The notes: generated from the sequence alone by a model not told the origin. Shown: positions 50,156-62,633, numbered from the stretch's first letter. The stretch: 64,000 bases of DNA from Gammaproteobacteria bacterium (GCA_965243395.1 CBDEUS010000002.1:864001-928000); one strand, 5' to 3'. Translations and numbers: made by a program.

Positions 50156-50884
50156 CTAATTGAGTGTGAAGTTTGAACCAAGATAGACATCTTGCACTTC
50201 TTTGTTGCGTAATAAATTCTCTGGCGTACCTGATGCGAGAACACGACCTTCGTTTAGAATGTAAGCGTGATCACATATGCCTAAAGTTTCACGGACATTA
50301 TGATCTGTAATGAGTAAACCTATACCTTTATCGCGCAGCTCTTTTAAGATGCGTTGAATATCTTTTACAGCAATTGGATCAACACCAGCAAAGGGTTCAT
50401 CAAGTAGTATAAATTTAGGCTGCGTTGCAAGTGCTCTCGCAATTTCTGCACGTCTTCTCTCGCCACCGGATAAACTTAAGCCTTTATGATCACGTATATG
50501 TTCAATTTGTAAATCATCAAGTAACGACTTGCATTCTTGTTTTCGCTGGTTGCTTGTTAAGTTGCCACGTGCTTCAAGACTTACCAAAATATTTTGTTCT
50601 ACAGTAAGTCCGCGAAAGATTGAAGCTTCTTGCGGTAAATAACCAATACCATGTTTAGCGCGTTGATGCATAGGCATACGAGTGATGTTACTTTCATCCA
50701 ATAAAATTACTCCATCATCACAATGGATTAGGCCTACCAACATGTAAAAGCATGTAGTTTTACCCGCACCGTTGGGGCCCAATAAACCAACAACTTCACC
50801 AGATTTAATCTCTAGTGAAGCATTATCTACCACTACACGTGATTTAAACTGTTTGCACAGGTTTTCTGCACTAAAAATACTCAT
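50156..50884 (-). CDS. lptB: LPS export ABC ATPase
   Basis: [45 protein letters not shown]. Confidence 0.97.
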   Translation of the reverse strand: MSIFSAENLCKQFKSRVVVDNASLEIKSGEVVGLLGPNGAGKTTCFYMLVGLIHCDDGVILLDESNITRMPMHQRAKHGIGYLPQEASIFRGLTVEQNILVSLEARGNLTSNQRKQECKSLLDDLQIEHIRDHKGLSLSGGERRRAEIARALATQPKFILLDEPFAGVDPIAVKDIQRILKELRDKGIGLLITDHNVRETLGICDHAYILNEGRVLASGTPENLLRNKEVQDVYLGSNFTLN

Positions 50885-50921
50885 TAATCTAATTGTGAAT
50901 TATTGATTTGTAAGAGTTTTG

Positions 50922-51446
50922 TTATTCAGATGCATCTTTAACAGTTTCTGGAAATACCCTGATATTGACACGATCGTTACCAGAACTACTACCAGCTTTA
51001 ACAATTTCTTTATCTGTAAAAAAAGTGATGCTATCACTAGCAAAGGTATTTCCAGCTTCGGTTAATTTTGCGTTATTGGTCAAAACTATTTTATTTTCAG
51101 TGATGCTGTAAACCATTTTTTCGGCTTCAGCATTAATTAAACGTCCATCATCGGTTTGCTGCTTAAACGTACTTAACTTGCCTTCAGAAGTAATCTTTTT
51201 CACTTTCTTGTTTTTCGTTTCTAGGACCACTACGTCACCCGTAAGGCGCATACTTCCTTGAATTATTTCGACATTACCTTTGTAAGTACTAATACCCGTT
51301 ATGTCGTTAATTTCTGCAGAATCAGCCTGAATATTTATTGGTTTGGTTGAATCATCTGAGAGGGCATTTGCATAATCACTGAGTAGAAGCATGAATACTA
51401 AAGCGAAAATAAGCTTAATAAAAATTTTAACTTTATTATGGATCAT
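50922..51446 (-). CDS. lptA: LPS transport periplasmic protein
   Basis: Signal peptide, ALSDD.TKPINIQAD, YKGNV.IIQGS; synteny. Confidence 0.9.
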   Translation of the reverse strand: MIHNKVKIFIKLIFALVFMLLLSDYANALSDDSTKPINIQADSAEINDITGISTYKGNVEIIQGSMRLTGDVVVLETKNKKVKKITSEGKLSTFKQQTDDGRLINAEAEKMVYSITENKIVLTNNAKLTEAGNTFASDSITFFTDKEIVKAGSSSGNDRVNIRVFPETVKDASE

Positions 51447-51999
51447 GTTGGGCTTTCACATTGCTATGCAGTTGTAAGATTTTAGTATCAAGATTTAGCG
51501 TCATCCCAAGTGCAGTAATTTTTTGTGATCCGCGTGATGCGGTAACGGGCAAATCTGTTGTTACCTGTTGTTCACTTTGTGAAACTCTAATTTTATCGGT
51601 AAAAATATTTAATGGATATGGGTCTTCCTTGGTTGCAGGTTGTGTAATCTCTACATTTCCAATTAAAGTAATCACATCATTTTCATTATACGTTTCACCT
51701 TTTTTAGAGGTAGCATAAATTACACTACCATTCTTGTTGTAAATTTCTATGTTAGGTGAGTCAAACTCGCTTTTTTGTTCCTGTTGATAAAGCCAATATT
51801 TAGGTGAAGATAACTTATACTGGGGTTGTCCTGCTGGTGAGTTAATAATCATATCAATATTTTCAAAACTTACGTTCGGTATGTCATTGTTATTTACTAC
51901 AGGTGAATTAGTAATATTTTCACGCTGATTTAAAAATGACAAAGTTAGCCCGCCGCCTACGAATATTAAGCAGAAAATCCATATGATTCTATAAGGCAT
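51436..51999 (-). CDS. lptC: LPS export protein LptC
   Basis: Single N-terminal TM, LIGNVEI, TDLPV, beta-jellyroll pattern; synteny. Confidence 0.85.
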   Translation of the reverse strand: MPYRIIWIFCLIFVGGGLTLSFLNQRENITNSPVVNNNDIPNVSFENIDMIINSPAGQPQYKLSSPKYWLYQQEQKSEFDSPNIEIYNKNGSVIYATSKKGETYNENDVITLIGNVEITQPATKEDPYPLNIFTDKIRVSQSEQQVTTDLPVTASRGSQKITALGMTLNLDTKILQLHSNVKAQHDP

Positions 52000-52002
52000 G
52001 CT

Positions 52003-52545
52003 TTATGGGCCTTTTCTAAGATTATATTCAAGTGCTTTTGTTAATAGACCTTGTGATTCTAATAACAGTTCACACACTTCGCGTACAGCTCCATGGCCTC
52101 CATGGGTAGTTGTCTGCCAGTGCGCTTGTTGCTTTACATAATAATGTGCATTGGCTACTGCAATACTTAAACCGCATTGCGACATAATTTGTAAATCGAC
52201 AATGTCATCGCCAACAAATGAAGTTTGCTCTTTGCTTAGATTTAATTCTTTTAACAAATCGTTATAGACCGAGTGCTTGTCAATTACTCCTTGATATACA
52301 TGTGCTACATCTAAATCTCGCATGCGGTGTTCTAATGCCTTTGATGTCCGCCCCGTTATTACCCCCACTTGAATTCCATAATGCTGCAATAAACGAATGC
52401 CATGGCCATCTTGGGTATTAAATGTTTTAATTTCCTCACCATTGGCATCAACATGTATGTTACCGTCAGTTAAGACGCCATCTACATCAAATAATGCTAA
52501 ACGAATGTTTTTAGCGCGTTCTAAAATTTTATTTTCTATTTTCAT
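52003..52545 (-). CDS. kdsC: KDO-8-phosphate phosphatase
   Basis: FDVDGVLTDG, DGHG, ITGR, VGDDIVD, GGHGAVRE. Confidence 0.95.
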   Translation of the reverse strand: MKIENKILERAKNIRLALFDVDGVLTDGNIHVDANGEEIKTFNTQDGHGIRLLQHYGIQVGVITGRTSKALEHRMRDLDVAHVYQGVIDKHSVYNDLLKELNLSKEQTSFVGDDIVDLQIMSQCGLSIAVANAHYYVKQQAHWQTTTHGGHGAVREVCELLLESQGLLTKALEYNLRKGP

Positions 52546-52546
52546 T

Positions 52547-53491
52547 TTATATTGACTGTATATATATAAAGTACATATAAACTAAGTATCCACTGAGAAA
52601 AAGTAATCCAAAAATTCGTGGAATATATTTTTTACGTAAAAAAATTAGTACCAATGCAAACAATATCGCAGTTGCAAATAACATCGCGGGATAATCACGT
52701 GTAAATACTTGATCTGGTAATGAATAACTTGTGATTAAGCTGGCTGTAGCCGTTACACCAAGCGTGTTAAATATATTTGAGCCAACAACATTACCAAGTG
52801 CAAGTTCACTATGTTTTTTTAGTGCGCTAGCAACACAGGTGGCTATTTCTGGCAAGCTAGTCCCAAGAGCGATTATCGTTAAGCCTATTATTAAATCACT
52901 CACTCCAAGATTTTTTGCAATACCCACAGCCGCCCATACAACTAATTTTGAACTTAGCAGCAGTACTACAAGTCCAACAATTAAATCGAAAATAATTCTT
53001 ACAGTCGGCTTATTATTGCCTATATTTTCGATGGCATGTTCTATCTCGCCATCACATTTTGATAAAACATAAAGTGTTATGAGTAAAGCGAGTAATAAAA
53101 TTAAACCATCTAGGAATGTTAACTGATGGTCATAAATCAAAACCGTTAATAGAATGGTCGCTGCGAGTAATAATAAAAAGTTTCGACGTACGATTTCAGC
53201 ATAAATTACGAGTGGCAAAATGCACAAAGTGACCCCAAGTACGAGAGTTATGTTAGTGATATTCGAACCTATGGCATTACCGATTGCTAAGCCAGGATTC
53301 CCCTGCCAGGCCGAAATTGCAGAAACCAATAATTCCGGTGCCGAGGTACCAAAACCTAATATCACAATGCCAATAAGGATTTTTGATAAATTTAGATGTT
53401 GACCTAGAAGGAGTGCTTCATCGGCGAAGCGATTTGCACTCCACAATAACAGCAAAAACCCTAATACCAAGGCAATTATGAAGGTCAACAT
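52547..53491 (-). CDS. yrbG: Ca2+/Na+ antiporter
   Basis: Alpha repeats GTSAPE..GNAIGSN and GTSLPE..GNVVGSN. Confidence 0.92.
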   Translation of the reverse strand: MLTFIIALVLGFLLLLWSANRFADEALLLGQHLNLSKILIGIVILGFGTSAPELLVSAISAWQGNPGLAIGNAIGSNITNITLVLGVTLCILPLVIYAEIVRRNFLLLLAATILLTVLIYDHQLTFLDGLILLLALLITLYVLSKCDGEIEHAIENIGNNKPTVRIIFDLIVGLVVLLLSSKLVVWAAVGIAKNLGVSDLIIGLTIIALGTSLPEIATCVASALKKHSELALGNVVGSNIFNTLGVTATASLITSYSLPDQVFTRDYPAMLFATAILFALVLIFLRKKYIPRIFGLLFLSGYLVYMYFIYIQSI

Positions 53492-53660
53492 ATATACGAT
53501 TTTAGTTTATAGAGTTTGAGATGAGTGCGTCGCCAAGCATACTATAAGCAGGTATGATATTCGGCTTGAATTATAAGTCGAAATAATCACTTAGACTGGG
53601 AATATAATTCTCGCGCAGCGGAATCGCTATAGCAAACCATTATATATAAGAATAATAACA

Positions 53661-54458
53661 GTGGAATCAATTGTACAAATTCGCGATCTGCATTTTACTC
53701 GTGGCACTCGCAAAATCTTCAATGGTATTAGTTTAGATATACATGCCGGGCAAGTGACAGCTTTTATGGGCCCTAGTGGCACCGGTAAAACTACATTATT
53801 AAAGCTGATAGGTGGTCAGTTGCGCCCGGATAAAGGCTCCGTACAGGTGTTTGGCGAGAATATTCACCATGTTAATCAAGAAACACTTTATACAGTGCGT
53901 AAAAAAATGGGCATGCTTTTTCAAAGTGGCGCCTTACTAACTGATTTGAACGTTTTCGAAAATGTCGCCTTCCCATTACGCGAACATACTCAATTGCCAG
54001 AACAAATTATCCGTGATCTTGTCTTACTTAAGCTTGAATCAGTGGGTTTGCGTGGAGCGAGAAAACTCATGCCAAGTCAATTATCAGGTGGAATGGCAAG
54101 GCGTGTAGCTTTAGCAAGAGCGATCGTTCTTGACCCAAGTATGATTATGTATGATGAGCCGTTTACTGGGTTAGATCCTATCACTAAAGGCACTATTGTA
54201 ACTTTAATAAAAGAGTTAAATGAAAGTATGGGTTTAACCAGTGTTATTGTTTCTCATGATGTTGATGAAACATTGTCAATCGCGGACTATATCTATGTAA
54301 TTTCTGAAGGTGAAATTGTCGAGTCTGGAGCTCCAGATAACTTATCCACCAGTACATCCGATTGGATGCAGCAGTTTCTGCAAGGTTTACCGGATGGTCC
54401 GGTACCATTTCATTATCCATCTGAAGAATTTAAATCTGATTTATTAGCGGGTAGATAA
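53661..54458 (+). CDS. mlaF: Mla ABC ATPase
   Basis: [39 protein letters not shown]. Confidence 0.95.
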   Translation: MESIVQIRDLHFTRGTRKIFNGISLDIHAGQVTAFMGPSGTGKTTLLKLIGGQLRPDKGSVQVFGENIHHVNQETLYTVRKKMGMLFQSGALLTDLNVFENVAFPLREHTQLPEQIIRDLVLLKLESVGLRGARKLMPSQLSGGMARRVALARAIVLDPSMIMYDEPFTGLDPITKGTIVTLIKELNESMGLTSVIVSHDVDETLSIADYIYVISEGEIVESGAPDNLSTSTSDWMQQFLQGLPDGPVPFHYPSEEFKSDLLAGR

Positions 54459-55243
54459 TGATTGCTTCTACATTACAAAATATTGGTGCGCGTGCTTTAG
54501 GTGTTTTTGAAAGCTTTGGCAGTGCGTCAATATTTTTCGCCAAAATCATTGCTGCTGTACCTCGTGCACTTACCCGGCCACGACTTATTGTAAAGGAAAT
54601 ATATTCAGTAGGTGTTTTGTCTCTAACCATTATTGTTGTATCGGGTCTTTTCGTGGGTATGGTGCTGGGCTTGCAAGGTTACGTGACACTCGTTGACTTT
54701 GGCGCCGAAGAATCTTTGGGTGTAGTTGTGGCAATGACTTTAGTGCGTGAATTGGGTCCTGTGGTAACGGCATTACTTTTCGCTGGACGAGCAGGTTCAG
54801 CATTGGCCGCTGAAATTGGCCTAATGAAAGCAACAGAACAACTTTCAAGCATGGAAATGATGGCAGTAGACCCCATCCGACGCATCATCACACCGCGATT
54901 TATTGGTGGTTTTATCTCGGTACCTTTGCTAACTGCGATTTTCACTGCAGTGGGCATCTTAGGAGGAAGATTTGTAGGTGTTGGAATGTTAGGTATTGAT
55001 GAGGGTTCCTATTGGTCGCAAATGCAGGCCAATGTTGATCTTATTGATGATGTTGCCAACGGTATGATTAAAGGAGTGGTATTCGCAGTAGCGTGTGTGT
55101 GGATTGCCTTATATAAAGGCTATTCTGCAATACCTACGGCAGAAGGAATTAGTTTAGCAACGACGCATACTGTGGTTAATTCTGCATTAGCAGTTTTAGG
55201 ATTGGATTTTGTGTTAACTGCTTTAATGTTTGGTGACTTATAA
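54458..55243 (+). CDS. mlaE: Mla permease
   Basis: [28 protein letters not shown]. Confidence 0.95.
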   Translation: MIASTLQNIGARALGVFESFGSASIFFAKIIAAVPRALTRPRLIVKEIYSVGVLSLTIIVVSGLFVGMVLGLQGYVTLVDFGAEESLGVVVAMTLVRELGPVVTALLFAGRAGSALAAEIGLMKATEQLSSMEMMAVDPIRRIITPRFIGGFISVPLLTAIFTAVGILGGRFVGVGMLGIDEGSYWSQMQANVDLIDDVANGMIKGVVFAVACVWIALYKGYSAIPTAEGISLATTHTVVNSALAVLGLDFVLTALMFGDL

Positions 55244-55279
55244 ATAAAATTTTAAAAATAAAGTTAGGATAGAACTAGT

Positions 55280-55738
55280 ATGACGACGCGTTTTATTGAA
55301 ATCATGGTGGGGCTATTTGTAGTGCTTGGTTTTTTAGCATTGTTTATGTTGGCAATGAAAGTGAGTAACTTAAGCCGTTTAACCGACAATGATGGTTACG
55401 AAGTCACTGCTTACTTTGAAAATATTGGTGGTTTGAAGGTGCGCTCACCGGTGACTGTATCGGGTGTGAGAGTTGGACAAATAACGAGTATTGTTTATGA
55501 TGCAGATCGTTATGAAGCTCGTGTAGTGATGCGAATTCAAGATGAGCATGACTATTTTCCGATTGACACTACTGCGAGCATTTATACCGCGGGATTATTG
55601 GGGGAACAATATATTGCCTTAGAGCCAGGGGCAGAAGATGATGTATTAACCTCAGGTGATACCATAGAATTTACTCAATCAGCTCTGGTTCTAGAGGAGA
55701 TAATTGGCAAAATTGTTGTCAAACTAACATCTGGGTAA
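55280..55738 (+). CDS. mlaD: MCE protein MlaD
   Basis: FENIGGLKVRSPV, GLLGEQYI, TQSALVLE. Confidence 0.95.
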   Translation: MTTRFIEIMVGLFVVLGFLALFMLAMKVSNLSRLTDNDGYEVTAYFENIGGLKVRSPVTVSGVRVGQITSIVYDADRYEARVVMRIQDEHDYFPIDTTASIYTAGLLGEQYIALEPGAEDDVLTSGDTIEFTQSALVLEEIIGKIVVKLTSG

Positions 55739-55812
55739 ATTAATCAGCCATAAGTTGCTGATTTATATGCAGCTGTTAATTTTAATATTCTTCAATATTA
55801 AGGAGCTCCATT

Positions 55813-56511
55813 GTGACCAATTCTAAGGTGACAGACATGACGCTAATCAGGTCTATGTCAAAAAAATATATTCAAATTTCATTTGCAGCGGTGATGATCG
55901 TAATCCTCATTATGTGGGCTTATGTTTTTGCGATCGATGATCGTACACCCGAACAGATTGTAGAAGAGACATCTGCAACCGTATTGAAAGCGATAAACGA
56001 ACAAAATGCAGAATTGCGAGAAGACCCTACGCTTATCAATGATCTGATTAATGACACTGTTATTCCTACTATTGATTTAGGTTCAATGGGTAAATTAATC
56101 TTAGGCAAGTACTGGAAGAAAGCTAGTCAGGAACAGCGCACAAATTTTGTTAATGAATTTAAAGACATGCTCATTCGCACTTATGCAAAATCTTTAGTTG
56201 ATTATGGTCATGCAAAGATTAAAGTTTTACCTAATCGTGATAAAAATCAAGGTAAGTATTACACCGTGCAATCTGAACTTGATATTGGCTCTGGTAAAAC
56301 CCCATTACAAGTTGCATATATTTTCCGTAAGAACAAACAAGAAGAATGGAAAGTTTTTGATTTAGCAGTGGACGGATTAAGTTTGGTAAAAAACTTTCGT
56401 ACCAGTTTTGGTCAAGAAATTAAAGAAACTTCTTTAGACGCTTTGATAGAGCGTTTAGCTAATACAAATAAAACTGGAACAACTGACGAAGTTGCATCAG
56501 AACAAGGTTGA
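55813..56511 (+). CDS. mlaC: Periplasmic phospholipid shuttle MlaC (start uncertain)
   Basis: LGKYW, LIRTYA, WKVFD..VDGLSLVKNFR. Confidence 0.92.
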   Translation: MTNSKVTDMTLIRSMSKKYIQISFAAVMIVILIMWAYVFAIDDRTPEQIVEETSATVLKAINEQNAELREDPTLINDLINDTVIPTIDLGSMGKLILGKYWKKASQEQRTNFVNEFKDMLIRTYAKSLVDYGHAKIKVLPNRDKNQGKYYTVQSELDIGSGKTPLQVAYIFRKNKQEEWKVFDLAVDGLSLVKNFRTSFGQEIKETSLDALIERLANTNKTGTTDEVASEQG

Positions 56512-56541
56512 TACGTAATCAAAGTTGAAATAGATATATAA

Positions 56542-56844
56542 ATGGCGCCAATATTCAGCCATATTGAGCCAGGGAGTTTTAAACTATCGGGTGATTTAAC
56601 ATTTACAAGCGTGCCTGAAGTTTGGGACCTGGCGCGTAAAATGTTGTTAGACGTGTACGAAGAAAATGTTGAAATTGATATTGGTTCAGTCGAGAAATTT
56701 GATAGTAGCGGTTTGGCATTATTAGTTGCATGGGCGCGATGGGCGCATTGCAATAACAAAGAACTAAAATATAGAAATGTTACTGAAAAAACGAATAAGC
56801 TGATCGAAATTAATAAATTGCAGGATTTGCTAAAAACTAATTGA
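56542..56844 (+). CDS. mlaB: STAS protein MlaB
   Basis: LSGDL, DSSGLALL. Confidence 0.88.
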   Translation: MAPIFSHIEPGSFKLSGDLTFTSVPEVWDLARKMLLDVYEENVEIDIGSVEKFDSSGLALLVAWARWAHCNNKELKYRNVTEKTNKLIEINKLQDLLKTN

Positions 56845-56964
56845 ATCAACATTTTTATTGACTGACCATAACCTGCCCACTGGTATATGATTGGTGGGTT
56901 GGTTAAGATCCTCTCTTAAACAATCTAATCTATAAACCTATTTCTACGTTCCTGCTTGGTTTAA

Positions 56965-58227
<1,263 letters not shown>

Positions 58228-58274
58228 ATATGAATAAATTAAAATTTTCTTAAGTAAAGAAATTTCTGAGAAGT

Positions 58275-58955
58275 ATGTCTACGCAAGCAAGTCAAAATGT
58301 AACCACGATTGCGGTTTCTAAAGGCCGTATCTTTGACGAAAGTTGTGAGTTATTAAAAAAGATTGGTATCACAGTTGCACAACAAGATCTTGATGGGCGT
58401 AAGTTGGTGTTACCAACGAATAAATCGGATGTTCGTATACTTATTATTCGAGCAACAGATGTGCCCACCTATGTTCAGTATGGTGCAGCTGAATTAGGCA
58501 TAGTTGGCAAGGACACCCTGATGGAGTTTGCTGGTGATGGTATCTATGAACCGTTGGATCTTGGAATTGCTAAGTGCAAGCTTATGGTTGCAGGAGTGGA
58601 GGGTAAGATCGTCCAGAATGAAGCGGACCAAATTACATTGAGCCAAGGTCGTCGGCTGCGAGTGGCAACAAAATATTTGCAAAGCACACGCCGCTACTTT
58701 GCTTCAAAAGGACAGCAAGTCGAATTAATAAAACTCTATGGTTCTATGGAGCTAGCGCCCTTGTTGGGTCTTGCAGACTGCATTGTTGATCTGGTAGCTA
58801 CCGGTGGAACTTTAAAGGCAAATGGGTTGGTGGCGACAGAACATATTGCGGACATCAGCTCGCGCCTGATCGTCAACAAAGCAGCAATGAAGATAAAATC
58901 TGCTACACTTAAACCCTTGATTGAACAATTTAGGCTAGCTATCGAGAAACCCTAG
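58275..58955 (+). CDS. hisG: ATP phosphoribosyltransferase, short form (needs HisZ)
   Basis: [39 protein letters not shown]; 226 aa, no ACT domain. Confidence 0.96.
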   Translation: MSTQASQNVTTIAVSKGRIFDESCELLKKIGITVAQQDLDGRKLVLPTNKSDVRILIIRATDVPTYVQYGAAELGIVGKDTLMEFAGDGIYEPLDLGIAKCKLMVAGVEGKIVQNEADQITLSQGRRLRVATKYLQSTRRYFASKGQQVELIKLYGSMELAPLLGLADCIVDLVATGGTLKANGLVATEHIADISSRLIVNKAAMKIKSATLKPLIEQFRLAIEKP

Positions 58956-59024
58956 GGTTTTCAAGAGAATTATTTTTAAAGCATAGAATAAAAACATAAC
59001 GAGATTTTAGATTCAGGTACGGAC

Positions 59025-60104
59025 ATGAAATACCAAACGGACGACCTCAGGATAGTAGAAACTAAAGAAGTCATTGCACCTTCCAAGTTACACCAAGAAC
59101 TCCCCGTCAGTGAAAAGTCTGCACAGTGTGTATTTAATGCTCGCAGTGCGGTGCAAAAAATCTTACACGGAGAAGATGAGCGTTTATTGGCAATAGTAGG
59201 GCCATGTTCCATTCATGATCCTGAAGCTGCACGTGAATATTCTGAACGGTTAACTAAAGTACGTGATGAACTTGCGGGCGATTTAATGATTATCATGCGT
59301 GTGTACTTTGAGAAACCACGTACCACTGTAGGTTGGAAAGGGTTGATTAATGATCCGAATTTGGATGACAGTTTTGAAATTAATCAGGGTTTGCGAATTG
59401 CACGTAAGTTGTTACTGGATTTAAATGAATCCGGTATGCCTGCGGGTACCGAATATCTAGACTTAATTAGTCCGCAATATGTTGCAGATTTAGTAAGTTG
59501 GGGCGCAATTGGTGCACGAACAACAGAAAGCCAAGTTCACAGAGAATTATCTTCTGGCTTGTCATGCCCGGTTGGATTTAAAAATGCAACGGATGGTGGT
59601 TTGCAAGTTGCTGTGGATGCAATAGGTTCAGCAATGAATCCGCATCACTTTTTATCAGTGACGAAAGAAGGTAAATCTGCAATTTTTTCTACCGCTGGAA
59701 ATAAAGATTGCCACATCATATTGCGTGGTGGCAGCGATCAACCTAATTACAGTCCTGAAAGTATAAATGAGGCTTCTGATTTGCTTGAAAAATCAGGTTT
59801 AGCTGCGCGAATCATGGTTGATCTAAGCCATGCCAACAGTTTTAAGCAACATGAAAAGCAAGTTGAAGTTGGTAATTCAATTGCTCAGCAACTCAGTGCA
59901 GGTGATATGCGTATATTTGGTGTAATGGTCGAAAGTCATCTAATTGGTGGACGACAAAATGCTAAACCTGGGCAAGAGCTTAAATATGGCCAGAGTATTA
60001 CCGATGCTTGTCTGGGCTGGGAAGATACTGAAAGCTTGTTACACACGCTTGCCAACGCAGTTCGCGAACGACGACATTTTAAGTCTGCAGCAAGCGCGGC
60101 ATAA
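59025..60104 (+). CDS. aroG: Class I-alpha DAHP synthase (AroG-like)
   Basis: DDLRI, GPCSIHD, YFEKPRTTVGWKG, IGARTTESQ, GLSCPVGFKN, YGQSITDAC. Confidence 0.93.
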   Translation: MKYQTDDLRIVETKEVIAPSKLHQELPVSEKSAQCVFNARSAVQKILHGEDERLLAIVGPCSIHDPEAAREYSERLTKVRDELAGDLMIIMRVYFEKPRTTVGWKGLINDPNLDDSFEINQGLRIARKLLLDLNESGMPAGTEYLDLISPQYVADLVSWGAIGARTTESQVHRELSSGLSCPVGFKNATDGGLQVAVDAIGSAMNPHHFLSVTKEGKSAIFSTAGNKDCHIILRGGSDQPNYSPESINEASDLLEKSGLAARIMVDLSHANSFKQHEKQVEVGNSIAQQLSAGDMRIFGVMVESHLIGGRQNAKPGQELKYGQSITDACLGWEDTESLLHTLANAVRERRHFKSAASAA

Positions 60105-60119
60105 TTTCTCTACATTAAA

Positions 60120-61421
60120 ATGTTGAATATTCGCCGTCTTAATAGTCAAGACGCAGAGTTCTCTGCGCAATTTAATAATGTGCTACTGCAAAATCAGTCG
60201 GCAGAAAATGATGTGCGCGATACGGTCGAGGCAATAATAAAAGAAGTTCGTGAAAAGGGTGATCAAGCTTTACTTGAATACACAAAAAAATTTGATCAAG
60301 TTGATGTTAAAAGTATTTCTGAATTAGAAATTTCTCCTGCTCAAATGAAAGAGTATGCAAGTCAAATTAGTACAGAGCAACGTAATGCACTTGAAACGGC
60401 AGCTAAACGAATACGAGAATATGCTGAAAAACAAAGCTTACAATCGTGGTCCACCAAAGATGATGATGGAAATGAGTTAGGGCAAATTGTTACGGCCTTA
60501 GAAAAGGTAGGTGTCTATGTGCCGGGTGGCAAAGCGGCTTATCCTTCATCAGTATTAATGAATACCATTCCTGCCAAGGTGGCTGGTGTAAGCTCAATTA
60601 ATATGGTTGTGCCTACGCCAGGGGGTGAAATCAATTCTATGGTCATGGCTGCGGCGTTAGTGGCTGGAGTGGATCGAGCTTTTGCTATTGGTGGTGCGCA
60701 AGCAATAGCAGCATTAGCTCATGGAACGGAGACGATTCCAAAAGTAGATAAGATCGTAGGGCCAGGTAATGCCTATGTCGCAACGGCTAAACAACTTGTT
60801 TTTGGGCAAGTTGGTATTGATATGCTTGCAGGGCCATCAGAGGTTTTGGTTATTTGTGATGAAAGTGCTAATCCGCAATGGATAGCGATGGATTTATTTT
60901 CTCAAGCAGAACACGATGAAAAAGCACGTGCTATTTTAATAAGTACTCGAGCAGATTTTTTTGATCAAGTACAAGAACAGATGCAGTCGTTACTTAAAGA
61001 ATTAGATCGTGCTGAGATTATTACTCGATCTATAAACGATTGCGGTGCATTTATAAAAGTTAAAAATCTAGATGAAGCAGCAGAATTATCTAATCAAATT
61101 GCACCCGAACATTTAGAGCTTTGTGTTTCAGACCCAGAGGCATTGATGAAAAAAATACGCAATGCTGGAGCAATATTTTTAGGTCATTATTCGCCCGAAG
61201 TTTTTGGTGATTATTGTGCAGGTTCCAATCATGTTTTACCCACGGCAGGTACTGCACGTTTTTCTTCGCCATTAGGTGTATATGATTTTCAAAAACGCAG
61301 CAGTGTAGTGAACTGTTCCAAAATGGGTGCCGAGAAATTAAGTGCTGTAGCTTCTACTTTGGCTGAATCCGAAGGTTTAACTGCACATGCTCAATCTGCC
61401 GAATATCGTAAGAAGCTCTAA
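60120..61421 (+). CDS. hisD: Histidinol dehydrogenase
   Basis: YVPGGKA.YPSS, GPGNAYV, AGPSE, SQAEHD, APEHLEL, GDY.AGSNHVLPT. Confidence 0.97.
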   Translation: MLNIRRLNSQDAEFSAQFNNVLLQNQSAENDVRDTVEAIIKEVREKGDQALLEYTKKFDQVDVKSISELEISPAQMKEYASQISTEQRNALETAAKRIREYAEKQSLQSWSTKDDDGNELGQIVTALEKVGVYVPGGKAAYPSSVLMNTIPAKVAGVSSINMVVPTPGGEINSMVMAAALVAGVDRAFAIGGAQAIAALAHGTETIPKVDKIVGPGNAYVATAKQLVFGQVGIDMLAGPSEVLVICDESANPQWIAMDLFSQAEHDEKARAILISTRADFFDQVQEQMQSLLKELDRAEIITRSINDCGAFIKVKNLDEAAELSNQIAPEHLELCVSDPEALMKKIRNAGAIFLGHYSPEVFGDYCAGSNHVLPTAGTARFSSPLGVYDFQKRSSVVNCSKMGAEKLSAVASTLAESEGLTAHAQSAEYRKKL

Positions 61422-61545
61422 TTTATCTTTATACGTCGTTAAAAAATAATCTTAATATCGCTCATGTATAATCAAATACACATCGCTCATTTTGATATTT
61501 TTTGCCTCGTCTAAAAATAAATTAGAACTTCCTTGAATTGGTAAA

Positions 61546-62619
61546 ATGAAAATTCTTCCTGAAAATTTATTACGTGCTGAGCTTGCGACTATGCAGGCTT
61601 ATCATGTGCCTGATACAAGTGGGCTAATAAAATTAGATGCGATGGAAAATCCATACGCATTTCCTGATTCATTACGCGAACAATGGTTAGCTGAATTAAA
61701 AAGTGTTGAACTGAATCGTTATCCAAATCCACATGCTGTAAACCTTAAAAAAACATTTCAGCAAGTTTTTTCACTTTCGCCAAATTTTGAATTAATGTTT
61801 GGCAATGGTTCAGACGAACTAATTCAATTGTTAATCATGGCTATAGCAAAACCAGGAGCTACAGTGTTAACTGTAACGCCAAGTTTTTCAATGTATAAGC
61901 TAATTGGCGAATATATAGGCGTCAATGTTGTTGAAGTTCCATTACAACAAGATAATTTTGCATTGCAATTGGATTTACTTGCTGCAGAAATTCAAAAACA
62001 TCAACCTGCGCTAATTTTTTTAGCCTGTCCTAACAACCCTACTGGAACTCTTTGGCCAAAAAATGAAATTGAAAGCATTATAAAAATAGCAACAGGATTG
62101 GTGGTGATTGATGAGGCTTACTCACCTTTTGCAGCTTATTCAATGAAATCCTTGGTTGAACAATATCCTCATGCTTTGTTGATGCGCACCATTTCTAAAA
62201 TGGGACTGGCAGGTTTACGCTTAGGTTGGCTATATGGTTCAGCACAGTGGCTCAATGAACTAAACAAAATGCGTTTACCTTATAATATCAACATATTAAC
62301 GCAGGCGAGCGCTAATTTTGCTTTGCAAAATTTTGCGATATTAGATGAACAAGCAAAACAAATTTGCCAACAACGTGAAGTTTTGTTCTCAACATTACAG
62401 GCAATGGAAAATGTAGAGCCATTCCCAAGTCAAGCAAACTTTATTCTGTTTAGAGTTATAAACGGTTCTGCTACTGATGTTTATAACAATTTGTTAGAGC
62501 ATAAAATTATTATCAAAAATGTTTCTAATAATATGCTGTTAGAAAATTGTTTACGTGTGACGATAGGTACGCAAGATGAAAATCAAGCCTTTGTTGATGC
62601 ATTAACAAAATCTTTATGA
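61546..62619 (+). CDS. hisC: Histidinol-phosphate aminotransferase
   Basis: KLDAMENPY, NGSDE, PNNPTG, DEAY, RTISKMGLAGLRLG. Confidence 0.95.
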   Translation: MKILPENLLRAELATMQAYHVPDTSGLIKLDAMENPYAFPDSLREQWLAELKSVELNRYPNPHAVNLKKTFQQVFSLSPNFELMFGNGSDELIQLLIMAIAKPGATVLTVTPSFSMYKLIGEYIGVNVVEVPLQQDNFALQLDLLAAEIQKHQPALIFLACPNNPTGTLWPKNEIESIIKIATGLVVIDEAYSPFAAYSMKSLVEQYPHALLMRTISKMGLAGLRLGWLYGSAQWLNELNKMRLPYNINILTQASANFALQNFAILDEQAKQICQQREVLFSTLQAMENVEPFPSQANFILFRVINGSATDVYNNLLEHKIIIKNVSNNMLLENCLRVTIGTQDENQAFVDALTKSL

Positions 62620-62633
62620 AAATCTAATGATGC

